DNA of 64,000 bases from Macrostomum lignano (taxonomy: Eukaryota). Below the pieces are notes generated by a model. The model did no database searches. It was given only the letters and a program-made list of their open reading frames with translations, and had not been told where the DNA came from. The DNA lies in NCBI GenBank assembly GCA_002269645.1, contig NIVC01001814.1, positions 94,751 through 158,750 of the forward strand, read 5' to 3'. The position numbers and the translations under genes are program-made. This document shows, one piece after another, positions 39,912 to 51,402 of the stretch; the stretch's first letter is position 1; every line of letters begins with the position of its first letter.

Positions 39912-42900
39912 ATGAATTTTCGAGCAGCCATCCACTGCGTCATCTATCTGGTTGCGGTATCCGGTGCTGTCAGTGTAAGTGACGCGGCTCTTTCAGATTT
40001 AGAATTTTGAGTGCCAAAATTATAGGAATTTATTAAGCACCCTACTTTGCCTCAATGCTAACCGGCTTTTTCCGTTGTTTTGGCCACCTCTCCTCTCTGT
40101 CGCCCATAGTTTTATCGCCCTAACCCAAACTCTAACATGAGCTAAACAACCTGAGTTCGATTTCGCAAAAGGCCCGACATTAGTTTGGGTGTCGATTCGA
40201 GTCACACAAACACCACACGATGAGAAATCAGAGCCGTAAGTACACTCAGTGTGAGCGTGTTGCGTGCTTATTCAGGGGTTGCAATCGAGTCTCATTACGC
40301 CGGTAGTCCTTAGCCCTGCCCCTCCTCACTCCCTTGCCCCTCCTCACTCCCTTGCCCCTCCTCACTCCCTTGCCCCTCCTCACTCCCTTGCCCCTCCTCA
40401 CTCCCTTGCCCCTCCTCACTCCCTTGCCCCTCCTCACTCCCTTGCCCCTCTTCACTCCCTTGCCCCTCCTCACTCCCTTGCCCCTCCTCACTCCCTTGCC
40501 CCTCCTCACTCCCTTGCCCCTCCTCACTCCCTTGCCCCTCCTCACTCCCTTGCCCCTCCTCACTCCCTTGCCCCTCCTCACTCCCTTGCCCCTCTTCACT
40601 CCCTTGCCCCTCCTCACTCCCTTGCCCCTCCTCACTCCCTTGCCCCTCCTCACTCCCTTGCCCCTCCTCACTCCCTTGCCCCTCCTCACTCCCTTGCCCC
40701 TCCTCACTCCCTTGCCCCTCCTCACTCCCTTGCCCCTCCTCACTCCCTTGCCCCTCCTCACTCCCTTGCCCCTCCTCACTCCCTTGCCTTTTAGGAGGAA
40801 AGGAGGAGAAAGGAGGCCTTTTTTCTGCTTTCCTCCTTTCCTCCTTTCCTCACTCTCTTGCCCCTCCCCATTCCCTTGCCCCTCCTCACTCTCTTGCCCC
40901 TCCCCATTCCCTTGCCCCTCCTCACTCCCTTGCCCCTCCTCATTCCCTTGCCCCTCCTCACTCCCTAGCCCTAGCACTGTTTCCAACCTTGCGATCTTCG
41001 CCGCGAGGGCAATATTCTTTGCCGCTTCCAGCGTGAGCTTCTTCTCCACCAGGAGTCGGCCAGATTCCGCAGCGCCGCCCAAAAATTGAACAGCCGTCTC
41101 TCCATCTTTTTTCGCCTAAATATTTTGTAGTAGTAGGCACCGTGGCCCGAGCGAATGTACATTGCAATACGTACTTCTGGTAACTAGGCATGATGCTGGT
41201 GAGCATGCAGCCTGCTTACTTGACAACACAATGACAGGGGTCGGCAGAATTTTTTATATTTTAGTATTGTTGACTTCCTCCTCCGTCTCTCTCCTTTATC
41301 CCCTTGTCTATCTCTGCACGCGAATTCCTATATAAAAGTGTTGCTTTGCCGCTCCCTCAATTTCTATATCCAGCAGGGGGATGCCCGCCTTCTGCAAGCT
41401 CTCGGCAATTAGGCTAAGCCAAGGGAAAAAAAAGACAAAGTTTGGGCAGGGCATTTTCCGACAAAAATGTGAAGCTGCAATCTGCTCAAAAAGCAAACAG
41501 CCCGTGCTGAAATATTGCAAAGCAGGCCAGAAAAAGGGCCGCTGGTTTTTCTACAGGTGCGCCGATAGACGGACAGAAAAGCGGGGCAGAGGCGTGCGGG
41601 ACAAATTTGGAAATTTCCGTCCACTTTTCCCCCGCCTCGCTTTTCCTTGACTCAAAAAAAACATTTTCGAAGCGGCTTTGAGAACGAAGTAGGATCCATT
41701 TGTCTTTTGAAGAGAGGAACAAGAGGAACAAAGGCTGGGCCGATCTGAAACAACTCCTGCTCTCGTCCTTTGTGCCGCTTCCAAGATTTCACTAACAGAC
41801 TTCTTCAAGCTTCAATGCTCAATTGAATTTTCTCCTCCCCAATCAAAGCTCACTCTCTGCAATCGAATCTTACCCTCCTCAATTGAATCTTACCCTCCTC
41901 AATTGAATCTTACCCTCCTCAATTGAATCTTACCCTCCCAGAGCGAATCTCACTTTCCGAAATCGAATCTCACCCTCCCCAATCGAATCTCACTTTTCGA
42001 AATCGAATCTCACCCTCCCAGAGCGAATCTCACTTTCCGAAATCGAATCTCACCCTCATCAATCAAATCTTACCCTCCCCAATCGAATTTCACTCTCGTC
42101 AATCGAATCTCACCTTCACCAATCGGATTTCACCTTCACCAATCGAATCTTACCCTCATCAATCAAATCTCACCCTTTCTAATCGAATCTCACCCTCATC
42201 AATCGAATCTCACCCTCATCAATCGAATCTCACCCTTTCTAATCGAATCTCACCCTCATCAATCGAATCTCACCCTTTCTAATCGAATCTCACCCTCATC
42301 AATCGAATCTCACCCTTTCTAATCGAATCTCACCCTCATCAATCGAATCTCACCCTAATCAATCGAATCTCACCCTTTCTAATCGAATCTCACCCTCATC
42401 AATCGAATCTCACCCTCTCCAATCGAATCTCACCCTCATCAATCGAATCTCACCCTTTCTAATCGAATCTCACCCTCATCAATCGAATCTCAACCTCTTC
42501 AATCGAATCTCACCCTCATCAATCGAATCTCACCCTTTCTAATCGAATCTCACCCTCATCAATCGAATCTCAACCTCCCCAATCGAATCTCACCCTCTCC
42601 AATCGAATCTCAACCTCCCCAATCGAATCCCACCCTCGCCAATCGAATCTCACCCTCTCCAATCGAATCTCAACCTCCCCAATCGAATCCCACCCTCGCC
42701 AATCGAATCTAACTCTATACACGAACCAAATCTCACCCGTCATAATTGAATCTTAAACAAAAACACAACAGCATCATTATCAAAGTTATCGTTTGCATCT
42801 GATCCCATTCTGAATACTCAGCCATCTCTATTCACATTCAGGCCGCAGCCGACATAGATGCAGCTGACGCAGTCCTTCAAATCGTCGACGAACTGCGCGA

Positions 42901-45900
42901 CGTCGAAGCCGCCTGCCAGATGTCGCTGCTGGAGCGACGCCTCGACGACTGGCGCTCCGACAACCTCCCCGACTGCCCCGGCAGCTTCGACGGCCTCCTC
43001 TGCTGGCCGCCGCTCCGAAGCGGCGCCGAAATGGCAGCGGCCTGCCCGCCCAGCCTCTTCAGCGGCAACGGCACCGCGTCGGCCTGGCGCCGATGCCCAC
43101 CCGGGCCTCCCCCCGCGACTGTCAACGGCAGCGACAGCAAGGCGGCCGTCGTCGAAGCGGTTACCGACTTGACCGAATGCAAACCGAAGGATAAGAAAGT
43201 CTTTGCTCAAATTGTTGAGGAGGTGAGAAGCTGCTGAAAAGAGCTCCCCACTCCCTGCTACACCCGCTAATTTCCCCTTACTTCATTCGCCTCTCTTCTT
43301 CCTCACTCCCTCCCCACCTCACTCCCTGCCCCACCTCACTCCCTGCCCCTCCTCACTCCCTGCCCCACCTCACTCCCTGCCCCACTTCACTCCCTGCCCC
43401 ACCTCACTCCCTGCCCCACTTCACTCCCTGCCCCACCTCACTCCCTGCCCCACCTCACTCCCTGCCCCTCCTCACTCCCTGCCCCACCTCACTCCCTGCC
43501 CCACTTCACTCCCTGCCCCACCTCACTCCCTGCCCCACTTCACTCCCTGCCCCACCTCACTCCCTGCCCCACCTCACTCCCTGCCCCACCTCACTCCCTG
43601 CCCCCCTCACTCCCTGCCCCACCTCATCTTTTCTAGCTCGTACTATGTGCAGAGGAGCCGCGATCTGTCCTGAGCACGCAATCCAGGATCACGTGTGCCC
43701 TGCCCACCTGCTCACCTTGTGCTCGCCTGACAAAACCCCACACCCAGATTAATAACCTGGGCACAGATTAAATGTCTCAATACTAGAATGGCAGTAGCAT
43801 TGACATAGTCGAAGGAAATAGTTCACTGAATGCATGTCAGCATTCGGAACTTTGAAAGGAATCTAATAAATGCTAGTAATAAAATGACAGATCGTCACAA
43901 TTCTCCTACGAGTATACCTGGCAACTACTAATTACGAGCGTAGTACCTTTGCAGTTATACAAAGCGGTTGATTTAGTGGAAGACCTGTGACTGCTTTGCT
44001 TTCTAAAAGTTCTCTTTCTCAGAATTCTTAGAGCTACTCTAATGGCATCACAAAAAGGAAAAATTCAAATTCGCTTCGAAATTCGCAATTCGCTCTCAAA
44101 ATTTACTCTACAATCCGCCCTGTTAAACTTCCAAATCCGCCATCTAAAACTCCAAATCCACTTTCTAAAACTCCAAATCCGCCTTCTAAAACTCCAAATC
44201 CGCCTTCTAAAACTCCAAATCCGCCTTCTAAAACTCCAAATCCGCCTTCTAAAACTCCAAATCCGCCCTCTTAAACTCCAAATCCGCCCTCTAAAACTCC
44301 AAATCCGCTCTCTAAAACTCCAAATCCGCTCTCTAAAACTCCAAATCCGCCCTCTTAAACTCCAAACCCAACAACTGCAGATGCGCCGGACCAGCATCTC
44401 CAACAGCACGCAGCGCCAGCGATTGCTGCTGGAGAGGCTGATCTGCCGTCGTCGAGTGGCCGAGTTCTCGATTGGAGGCCGATCCGAGCAGAACGAATCC
44501 GTCTCGGCCTCCTGGCCGCGCTGCCCGCCCGAGTTCGATGTGGCCGTCTGCTGGCCGAGCGCGGAGGCCGGCGCCAGGGTCTCGGCGCCTTGCCCCGACT
44601 ATTTGAACGACGTCCTACGCCACCGGCGCGCCAGCCGGCTGTGCACCGACCGAGGCGTCTGGCAGCGAAGGCCAACCGAGTTTGACGGCGATGACGTTGA
44701 CGACAGCGGCGGTGCCGGCGGCGGCGGCTGGACCAACTTTAGCGAATGCCTCATCGAGCCGGCACCGGTGAAGATGCCGGCCGGCTCTGAGTGGATTAAG
44801 GTGAGCTGCGGCGGAGCGCTGAGAGCAGATGAGGCTGAAGAGGTGCTCAGTTAGTCACATGATGCAGGTGCGAGTGACACATAGAGCAGATGTGAGTGAC
44901 ACATAGAGCAGATGTGAGTGACACATAGAGCAGATGTGAATGACACATAGGGCAGATGTGAGTGACACATAGAGCAGATGTGATTGACACATAGACACAG
45001 TGACACATGTAAACAGTGTCACTCTGTAAAACAGTTTAATGCTCCCATGAAACGCCGCAGATGCACATCACCATTCTGGACGGCATCGGGTTCGCCGGCT
45101 TCGGCCTGTCGTTGGCTTCGCTGCTGACGGCCATCTGCATTTTGGCCGCTTTCAGGTGCGATCAGACTGCAAGCTGTTGTTGTGTCTTCTTAAGCTCTCC
45201 CGGGAGCAGAGAAGGCAGCAGAAGAAATTGCTTTCGAGTTCTGCTTTCCGATTGATTTGTTCAGGTGGCAGCGTGTGTGCAGTTACGATAGATAATCAAC
45301 TGCTAATCCTCATCGCAGCAATACTTTTGCCTTGCAGACGGCTGCATTGCCAGCGAAATGCCATTCACGTGAACCTGTTCGCCGCGTTCAGCCTTCGAGC
45401 TGGCAGGTACTTCGTGAACAAGCTCGCTCCGCTGGATGGCCAGGTGAATAAATCACTTCCCATTGACTGTTTGCTGAGCAAGAAATACTAGCGGAGATGC
45501 ACTAAGCCACTTACAGCCGCTTATAGCCACTTACAGCCACTTACAGCCACTTACAGCCGCTTACAGCCACTTACAGCCGCTTACAGCCACTTACAGCCAC
45601 TTACAGCCACTTACAGCCACTTACAGCCACTTACAGCCACTTACAGCCGCTTACAGCCACTTACAGCCACTTACAGCCGCTTACAGCCGCTTACAGCCAC
45701 TTACAGCCACTTACAGCCGCTTACAGCCGCTTACAGCCACTTACAGCCACTTACAGCCACTTACAGCCACTTAAAGCCACTTACAGCCGCTTACAGCCAC
45801 TTACAGCCACTTACAGCCGCTTACAGCCACTTACAGCCACTTACAGCCACTTACAGCCACTTACAGCCACTTACAGCCACTTACAGCCACTTACAGCCAC

Positions 45901-48900
45901 TTATAGCCGCTTACAGCCACTTACAGCCACTTACAACCACTTACAGCACATTACAGCCACTTGCAGTCACTTACAGCCACTTAAAACGCATGTAGTATTA
46001 CTGGAAATAAGGCAGCGGAGCGCCAAAGTCCGGGGTTCGATTCTGTACGGGTGTACGGACCTTGGCGTGAAGCTAATCGTCAGGCTAGGGCCAATCTCTT
46101 AAGGTGCAGAGGCAAGTCAGGTCCCCTGTACACCCAGCGTGCGCCTGCGCGTGCCCGTGCAGTGTAAGTGCTCAGGGGTCTGCGGGTGGGCATATGCATG
46201 CCCGCCTCCTCGCTAGCTGCGGGTCGAATTGTCTCAAAAGCTCTCAGATAGCTCGCTCGTATTGGATTGCTAATTTTTCTACGAATATGCAGACAGGACA
46301 TTGCACTGTGCAATTGGTGATAATAACATGAATATTCTGCCCCGAATGCAATTACCGAGATAGCAATTCTTAGGTTTATTAGTGGCAAAATGAAAATTTC
46401 TCTACCGATACCAGATAACCGAATAGCAAATGAAGCAAGCTGGAATGCCTTTCACACTGTGTTGATCTAAAATTTAACTTTAATCGATTTTGTCTATGGC
46501 AGCGGGCGGAGAATGTGGAGAGTGCTGTCTATGGCAGCGGGCGGAGAGTGTGGAGAGTGCTGTCTATGGCAGCGGGCGGAGAGTGTGGAGAGTGCTGTCT
46601 ATAGCAGCGGGCGGAGAATATGGAGAGTGCTGTCTATGGCAGCGGGCGGAGAATATGGAGAGTGCTGTCTATGGCAGCGGAGAATGTGGAGAGTGCTGTC
46701 TATGGCAGCGGGCGGAGAATGTGGAGAGTGCTGTCTATGGCAGCGGAGAATGTGGAGAGTGCTGTCTATGGCAGCGGAGAATGTGGAGAGTGCTGTCTAT
46801 GGCAGCGGGCGGAGAATGTGGAGAGTGCTGTCTATGACAGCGGGCGGAGAATGTGGAGAGTGCTGTCTATGGCAAGGGAGAATATGGAGAGTGCTGTCGA
46901 TGGCAGCGGGCGGAGAATGTGGAGAGTGCTGTCTATGGCAAGGGAGAATATGGAGAGTGCTGTCTATGGCAGCGGGCGGAGAATATGAAGAGTGCTGTCT
47001 ATGACAGCGGGCGGAGAATATGGAGAGTGCTGTCTATGGCAGCGGGCGGAGAATATGGAGAGTGCTGTCTATGGCAGCGGGTGGAGAGTGTGGAGAGTGC
47101 TGTCTATGGCAGCGGGCGGAGAATATGGAGAGTGCTGTCTATGGCAGCGGGCGGAGAATATGGAGAGTGCTGTCTATGGCAGCGGGCGGAGAATATGGAG
47201 AGTGCTGTCTATGGCAGCGGGCGGAGAATATGGAGAGTGCTGTCTATGGCAGCGGGTGGAGAGTGTGGAGAGTGCTGTCTATGGCAGCGGGCGGAGAATA
47301 TGGAGAGTGCTGTCTATGGCAGCGGGCGGAGAATATGGAGAGTGCTGTCTATGGCAGCGGGCGGAGAGTAGGAATGCATGTAACAGTCTGTCAGTTTTAG
47401 CTAGTCTCAAGTTTAACACACTGCACTTGAGTACTAATTTGATATTTGAAAAAACCTAAAACGAACTGCTGTTTTCAGATGCTGGCCTGCCGGGCGGACC
47501 AATCAGCGATGACCTTTGCTGTAGTTAGCAGCTTCACCTGGGTCTTTGTTGAGGCTCTGCACTTGCACTCGCTGATCTTTGTCAGTGCGCTATCGCACAA
47601 GACGAGGTCAACAAAGACCTACGCTGTTCTGGGCTGGGGTGAGCTGCCAACTTCCACGATAGCAATATTTCACAATGTTTTGAATTTGATTAGAGTTCTT
47701 TTTACAGATCCTCAGTTTCAAAGCTCCTCGGCTTCTATTCACATTTAACGTGTCAGTTTAAGCCGGGTTGGCTCAATTTCCTAATTTGCTCCAGAATTTT
47801 CTCCTTCTCAATAAGCACACGTAATTTCCTCTTTGAGGCATCGATTCGAAAGTCTCCTTTCGAAGAAAATCCGAGGATTAGATAAACGGATAAAGAAACC
47901 GAATTAATAGCTATTGAGGCTAACAGGGTATTAAGATCCCTTTGTAGGAGTTCTGCTGACTGGATTTTTTGTAGAGCCTTGACAGTGCTGCTCAGGCAGA
48001 ATCCAGGCCAAGCACTGTTTCATGCCTCCTCCCTAAAACGGCCTCACTAATAGGTGCGTCAGCGGGCATCACGGCAGTCTGGATACTGCTGCGAATTCTT
48101 TTTGACAACCGCGACTGTTGGAGACAGTTCAGGCCTCTCGGAGCGGACATCTGGCTGATCAACTCCTACCTTTGCGTGCTGGTTCTGGTGAGCAGAGCCA
48201 GTCAGTTAAATACCTTGTTAGTTAGTTCGGGGAGTCGATTAAAATCTGAAGCAATGCTGCCCATCCCGCTGGCTCCTGAGCACATACAAGCGCGCCAATA
48301 CTGTACGCAGGCGCGCACTCATGCGAGCTCGTACAAATGCTCATAGAGGGTGTACAGCTTTCTAATCATCAGGCATGTACACTTCACTGTCTTGGGGGCA
48401 CGGGAGCACGAGCTCCAAATGAGGGTGTTGGCGCTCGGAATCGAACCAAGGTCGTGGCGAGAAGTCAGACGTCTTCACCGTTACGTCGTAGAAAGTTCGG
48501 AAACTTAGATAAGCAGAAATCAGAACAGGACTCTTACAGGAGCATAAACAAATTTGGATTATCCTGCTGCAAATACTCGTATTGTTATCAAGAACACTAT
48601 ACCGGACATTTATTTTCTTTTTTCTTTTTTCTGTTGTCTTTTTCAGGTGAATGCAGTGTTATTTGTTCGAATTGTTCGAGAAATTTTCAAAAAATTAAGA
48701 CTGCAAACAGCAGCTATGGAAGCTACGCAGACTTATAGGTTCGTGCCTCGCTCTCGAGCTTCTACTAATGCACTTTTAATTAAGGATTAAAAGAAACTCT
48801 GAGTAAAGTGTTGAAGCAGGGAGTGAGGTGGCTGTAAAACTGAGGGGTGTTGGATGGAGGGGCGGGAGTGGCTACAAAACTGAGGGGTGTTGGAAAGAGG

Positions 48901-51402
48901 GGGTAGGGAGTGGCTACAAAACTGAGGGGTGTTGGAAAGAGGGGGTAGGGAGTGGCTACAAAACTGAGGGGTCTTGAAAAGAGGGGGTAGGGACTTGCTA
49001 CAAAACTGAGGGGTCTTGAAAAGAGGGGGTAGGGACTTGCTACAAAACTGAGGGGTCTTGAAAAGAGGGGGTAGGAAGTGGCTGTAAAACTGAGGGCTGT
49101 TGGAAAGAGGGGGTAGGGAGTGGCTACAAAACTGAGGGGTCTTGAAAAGAGGGGGCAGGGAGTGGCCGTAAAACGGAGGGTGTTGGATAGCGGGGCAGGG
49201 AGTGGCCGTAAAACGGAGGGTGTTGGATAGCGGGGCAGGGAGTGGATGGCTTGGGAGCATACAGAAGACATTACCATTCCATCGATTGCAGAAAGTTGTG
49301 GAAGTCCACATCAGTGCTTGTTCTGGTATTCGGGATCTACTACCTGATCTTCCTACCCGTGGCTATGATCCCGAAAGACCGTCTCGGAGCGAAACTGGAG
49401 TTTGTCCGACTCTACTACGAGCACTTTTTCAGCTCATTTCAGGTAGCTACTGAATCGAAACCTATTCAGTGAAGCTGAATAGCATTAAGGAAAGCAAATA
49501 ATTCTTAGAAATCTTGATAATCCATTCTTAACAACCCAGGGCTTCCTGGTAGCCCTGCTCTACTGCTTCGTGAATGCTGAGGTGCACCGGGAGCTGCGCG
49601 AGACTCTTCTGGCAACCCGTCTGGGCGCCTGGCTTTGCCGGCGCGGCGCTATCGGCGCTGCGAAGGCGCCGGAGGCTCGACGCTGCAGCGCCGAATGCCG
49701 GAGAACGAAGCGGATGCGCCTGATGCAGGATCAGCTGCAGCTGCCCGGACACGAGGATGTGAGCAGCGGTTTTTAATTGATCTGCACTTGTAGAAATCCT
49801 TTTAATATTTAATATTTTTCCTTGGAAACTATTTTAATAAATGATGCAGGGCTTGATTACATAATCATGCTGATGCTGTGTCAATGGTCTACGACACTTA
49901 CCTGCCGCAAACTGAATAGTATTGCAATTGATGCAATTCGTTTTCCAAGAAACGAAGTTTCCCATTCCTCCTACTCAAGTCGTCCTGGCTGGAATAAATA
50001 TCTGGACACGGAATGTGATGATAACCGCGTAGCTACCTGCGGCACGGGATAAAGGATATTGCCTGGGAATTTAGGGACATGAGCTGCTTAAAGAGAGGCG
50101 GAGAAAGGCAGGGCGCAGGATGTCTTTTAATCAGGCAACTGAACGCTAAACACGAACACTGATTCGAAGCCAGAGTATCCTGATTGGAGTCCTATTAATA
50201 AATACTCAGGTCTGCTAGGGTTGAGAAGGTTGAATTAAATTATTCGTCAACATCTGTTAGGCGTCCTTGCCATTTTTTAATTAAAATATTATCGAGTCAA
50301 AATCTGATCTTGAAGTATGCTTTGTTAAAAACCTGATCCTCAGCCTCCAGCAGGGGGTGGGGTGAGCAGTCGCAATCAAAATATCGTTTAAAAAATTGAT
50401 AAAAGATTTTTTCAGGAAATTCGAGATGGCTCGTAGCTGGGTGAGGTCTACGAATCGCATGGTCATATATTTAGACATCTCCAGCAATCTGTTCTGAAAT
50501 GGCAATGCTAAATGACCCTGTTTAGGAGTTTCTGCGCTCTTATGGGGCCAGCTTCTACGTCATCTCGATCTTTGATGAGTCTAACTTGAAGCCGGCATAA
50601 TAATCAAAACAAAGGAGCGCCTAAAGTTCTGGGCGCGCCTGTACTTTTAAACCAGAAGGCAGTTGAGTGCCTGCAGCGTCAGCAGCAGCACCTCCGGTAA
50701 AGACTGTTGAGCCGACTGGGCACGGATGAAGTCGTCGATGCAGCATCGAAGCGTCTCGCTTTGACGGGCCAATCAACCTTGGCAGACAAACTGCTAACAC
50801 GGTCTGGCAGCCTGCATGACAACTTAAATGTGGCGCTTGCTAATTATTATTTTTCGGTTTCGGCGACATCGTCCCACAGCCAGCGCATTCCGCTGACTCC
50901 TGAGCACATGCAAGCGCACCAATACTGTACGCAGACACGCACTCATACACACGCTCACACAGGGTGTACAGCGGCCCTGACTTTCTATTCGTCAGGCATG
51001 TACAGTCTTTGTGCCTTGGGGGCTGGCCTTATGGCTGTGAATTGCCAAGTTTCGCGGCCTGAGAGTCAGACGCCTTTACCGCAGAGCTCCTCTGACCCCG
51101 ACTGCGGACCTTAACCGAAGCACTACCCTACCAGCCCTAGCCTAAATTGTCAGCATTAAAATGCATTGGATGCGGTGCGGATGTACGGCCTCACAGGCCG
51201 TGTGAGTCTGTGTGAGTGCGTGCTCAAGGTCTGCTAATAAACCAAAATTGTTGCACAAAACTGAAACCCGCAGCTCTTCTTCATCGAACAGAAGCGTCAG
51301 AAGCAGCTGCAGACAGATGAAGCTGCAGACCTCAGCTACACAAATGAATCCATTGAGGAGGCCGGCTGTCTAGTCGTTCCGCTGGCTGATTCGGACGACT
51401 GA
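39912..51402 (+). CDS. Class B1 (secretin/PTH-receptor-like) GPCR with two tandem hormone-receptor ectodomains, ~649 aa
   Basis: Exons are 39912-39974 (signal peptide MNFRAAIHCVIYLVAVSGAVS), 42842-43222 (ECD1), 44381-44800 (ECD2), 45061-45155 (TM1), 45338-45443 (RRLHCQRNAIHVNLF, TM2), 47479-47638 (TM3 CR..WVFVEALHLH..LGWG), 48054-48187, 48647-48738, 49292-49442 (KLWKSTSVLVLVFGIYY..FFSSFQ), 49540-49758 (GFLVALLYCFVNAEV) and a tentative last exon 51274-51402. All introns are GT-AG and in phase. Confidence 0.9.
40312..40965. repeat. 18-nt pyrimidine-rich array (cactcccttgcccctcct) in GPCR intron 1
   Basis: Directly visible. A related 17-nt array lies at 43300-43625. Confidence 0.95.
40985..41125 (-). 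mobile_element. Degenerate LTR-retrotransposon gag remnant
   Basis: Minus strand with one 1-nt shift reads RRKKDGETAVQFL-AALRNLA, then RLLVEKKLTLEAAKNIALA. Both resemble conserved Ty3/Gypsy-type gag motifs (Q..GE...F...LR.LA; RLL.E..LTL..A...A). Confidence 0.5.
41860..42715. repeat. 20-nt tandem array (aatcgaatctcaccctcatc)
   Basis: Directly visible. It ends ~125 nt before GPCR exon 2. Confidence 0.95.
42842..43222 (+). CDS. GPCR exon 2: first, divergent hormone-receptor domain
   Basis: Six Cys: AACQ, DCPGSFDGLLCWPP, AACP, RRC and LTEC. Acceptor is ttcag, donor is gtgaga, phase 0-0. Confidence 0.85.
43300..43625. repeat. 17-nt tandem array (ctcactccctgccccac)
   Basis: Directly visible. Confidence 0.93.
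44105..44365. repeat. 21-nt tandem array (ctccaaatccgccttctaaaa) abutting the GPCR exon 3 acceptor
   Basis: Directly visible. Confidence 0.92.
44381..44800 (+). CDS. GPCR exon 3: second, canonical hormone-receptor domain
   Basis: Six Cys: LICR, RCPPEFDVAVCWP, PCPDY, LCTDRGVW and WTNFSEC. Acceptor is ctgcag, donor is gtgagc, phase 0-0. Confidence 0.9.
44872..45005. repeat. 22-nt tandem array (gagtgacacatagagcagatgt)
   Basis: Directly visible. Confidence 0.88.
45503..45983. repeat. 10-nt tandem array (acttacagcc), ~48 units
   Basis: Directly visible. Confidence 0.96.
46012..46190 (+). mobile_element. tRNA-derived SINE-like element, diverged copy
   Basis: ggagcgccaaagtccggggttcgattc head (a similar head is at 36730-36762), followed by aagtcagg..ctgtacaccc..gtgctcagg, which matches the other copies. 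Confidence 0.45.
46490..47368. repeat. 35/31-nt tandem array (tgtctatggcagcgggcggagaatatggagagtgc)
   Basis: Directly visible. Confidence 0.96.
48265..48490 (-). mobile_element. tRNA-derived SINE-like element
   Basis: The reverse complement has a tRNA-like head (ggtgaagacgtctgacttctcg..ccttggttcgattcc). The body matches 50888-51025. Confidence 0.55.
48825..49245. repeat. 42-nt G-rich tandem array in GPCR intron 8
   Basis: Directly visible. It ends ~45 nt before exon 9. Confidence 0.93.
50888..51100 (-). mobile_element. tRNA-derived SINE-like element
   Basis: Shares ctcctgagcacat.caagcgc.ccaatactgtacgcag with 48270-48320. The reverse complement has the head gcggtaaaggcgtctgactctc. Confidence 0.55.

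Noticed and set aside
44042-44380. KLQIRLL leucine-repeat N-terminal extension of the 270-aa ORF
   Set aside because: Intronic 21-nt array that happens to be in frame with GPCR exon 3. The acceptor is at 44378-44380.
46490-47459. Cys-rich ORFs (GECGECCLWQR..) resembling metallothionein or keratin-associated proteins
   Set aside because: Rotating-frame products of a 35/31-nt intronic satellite.
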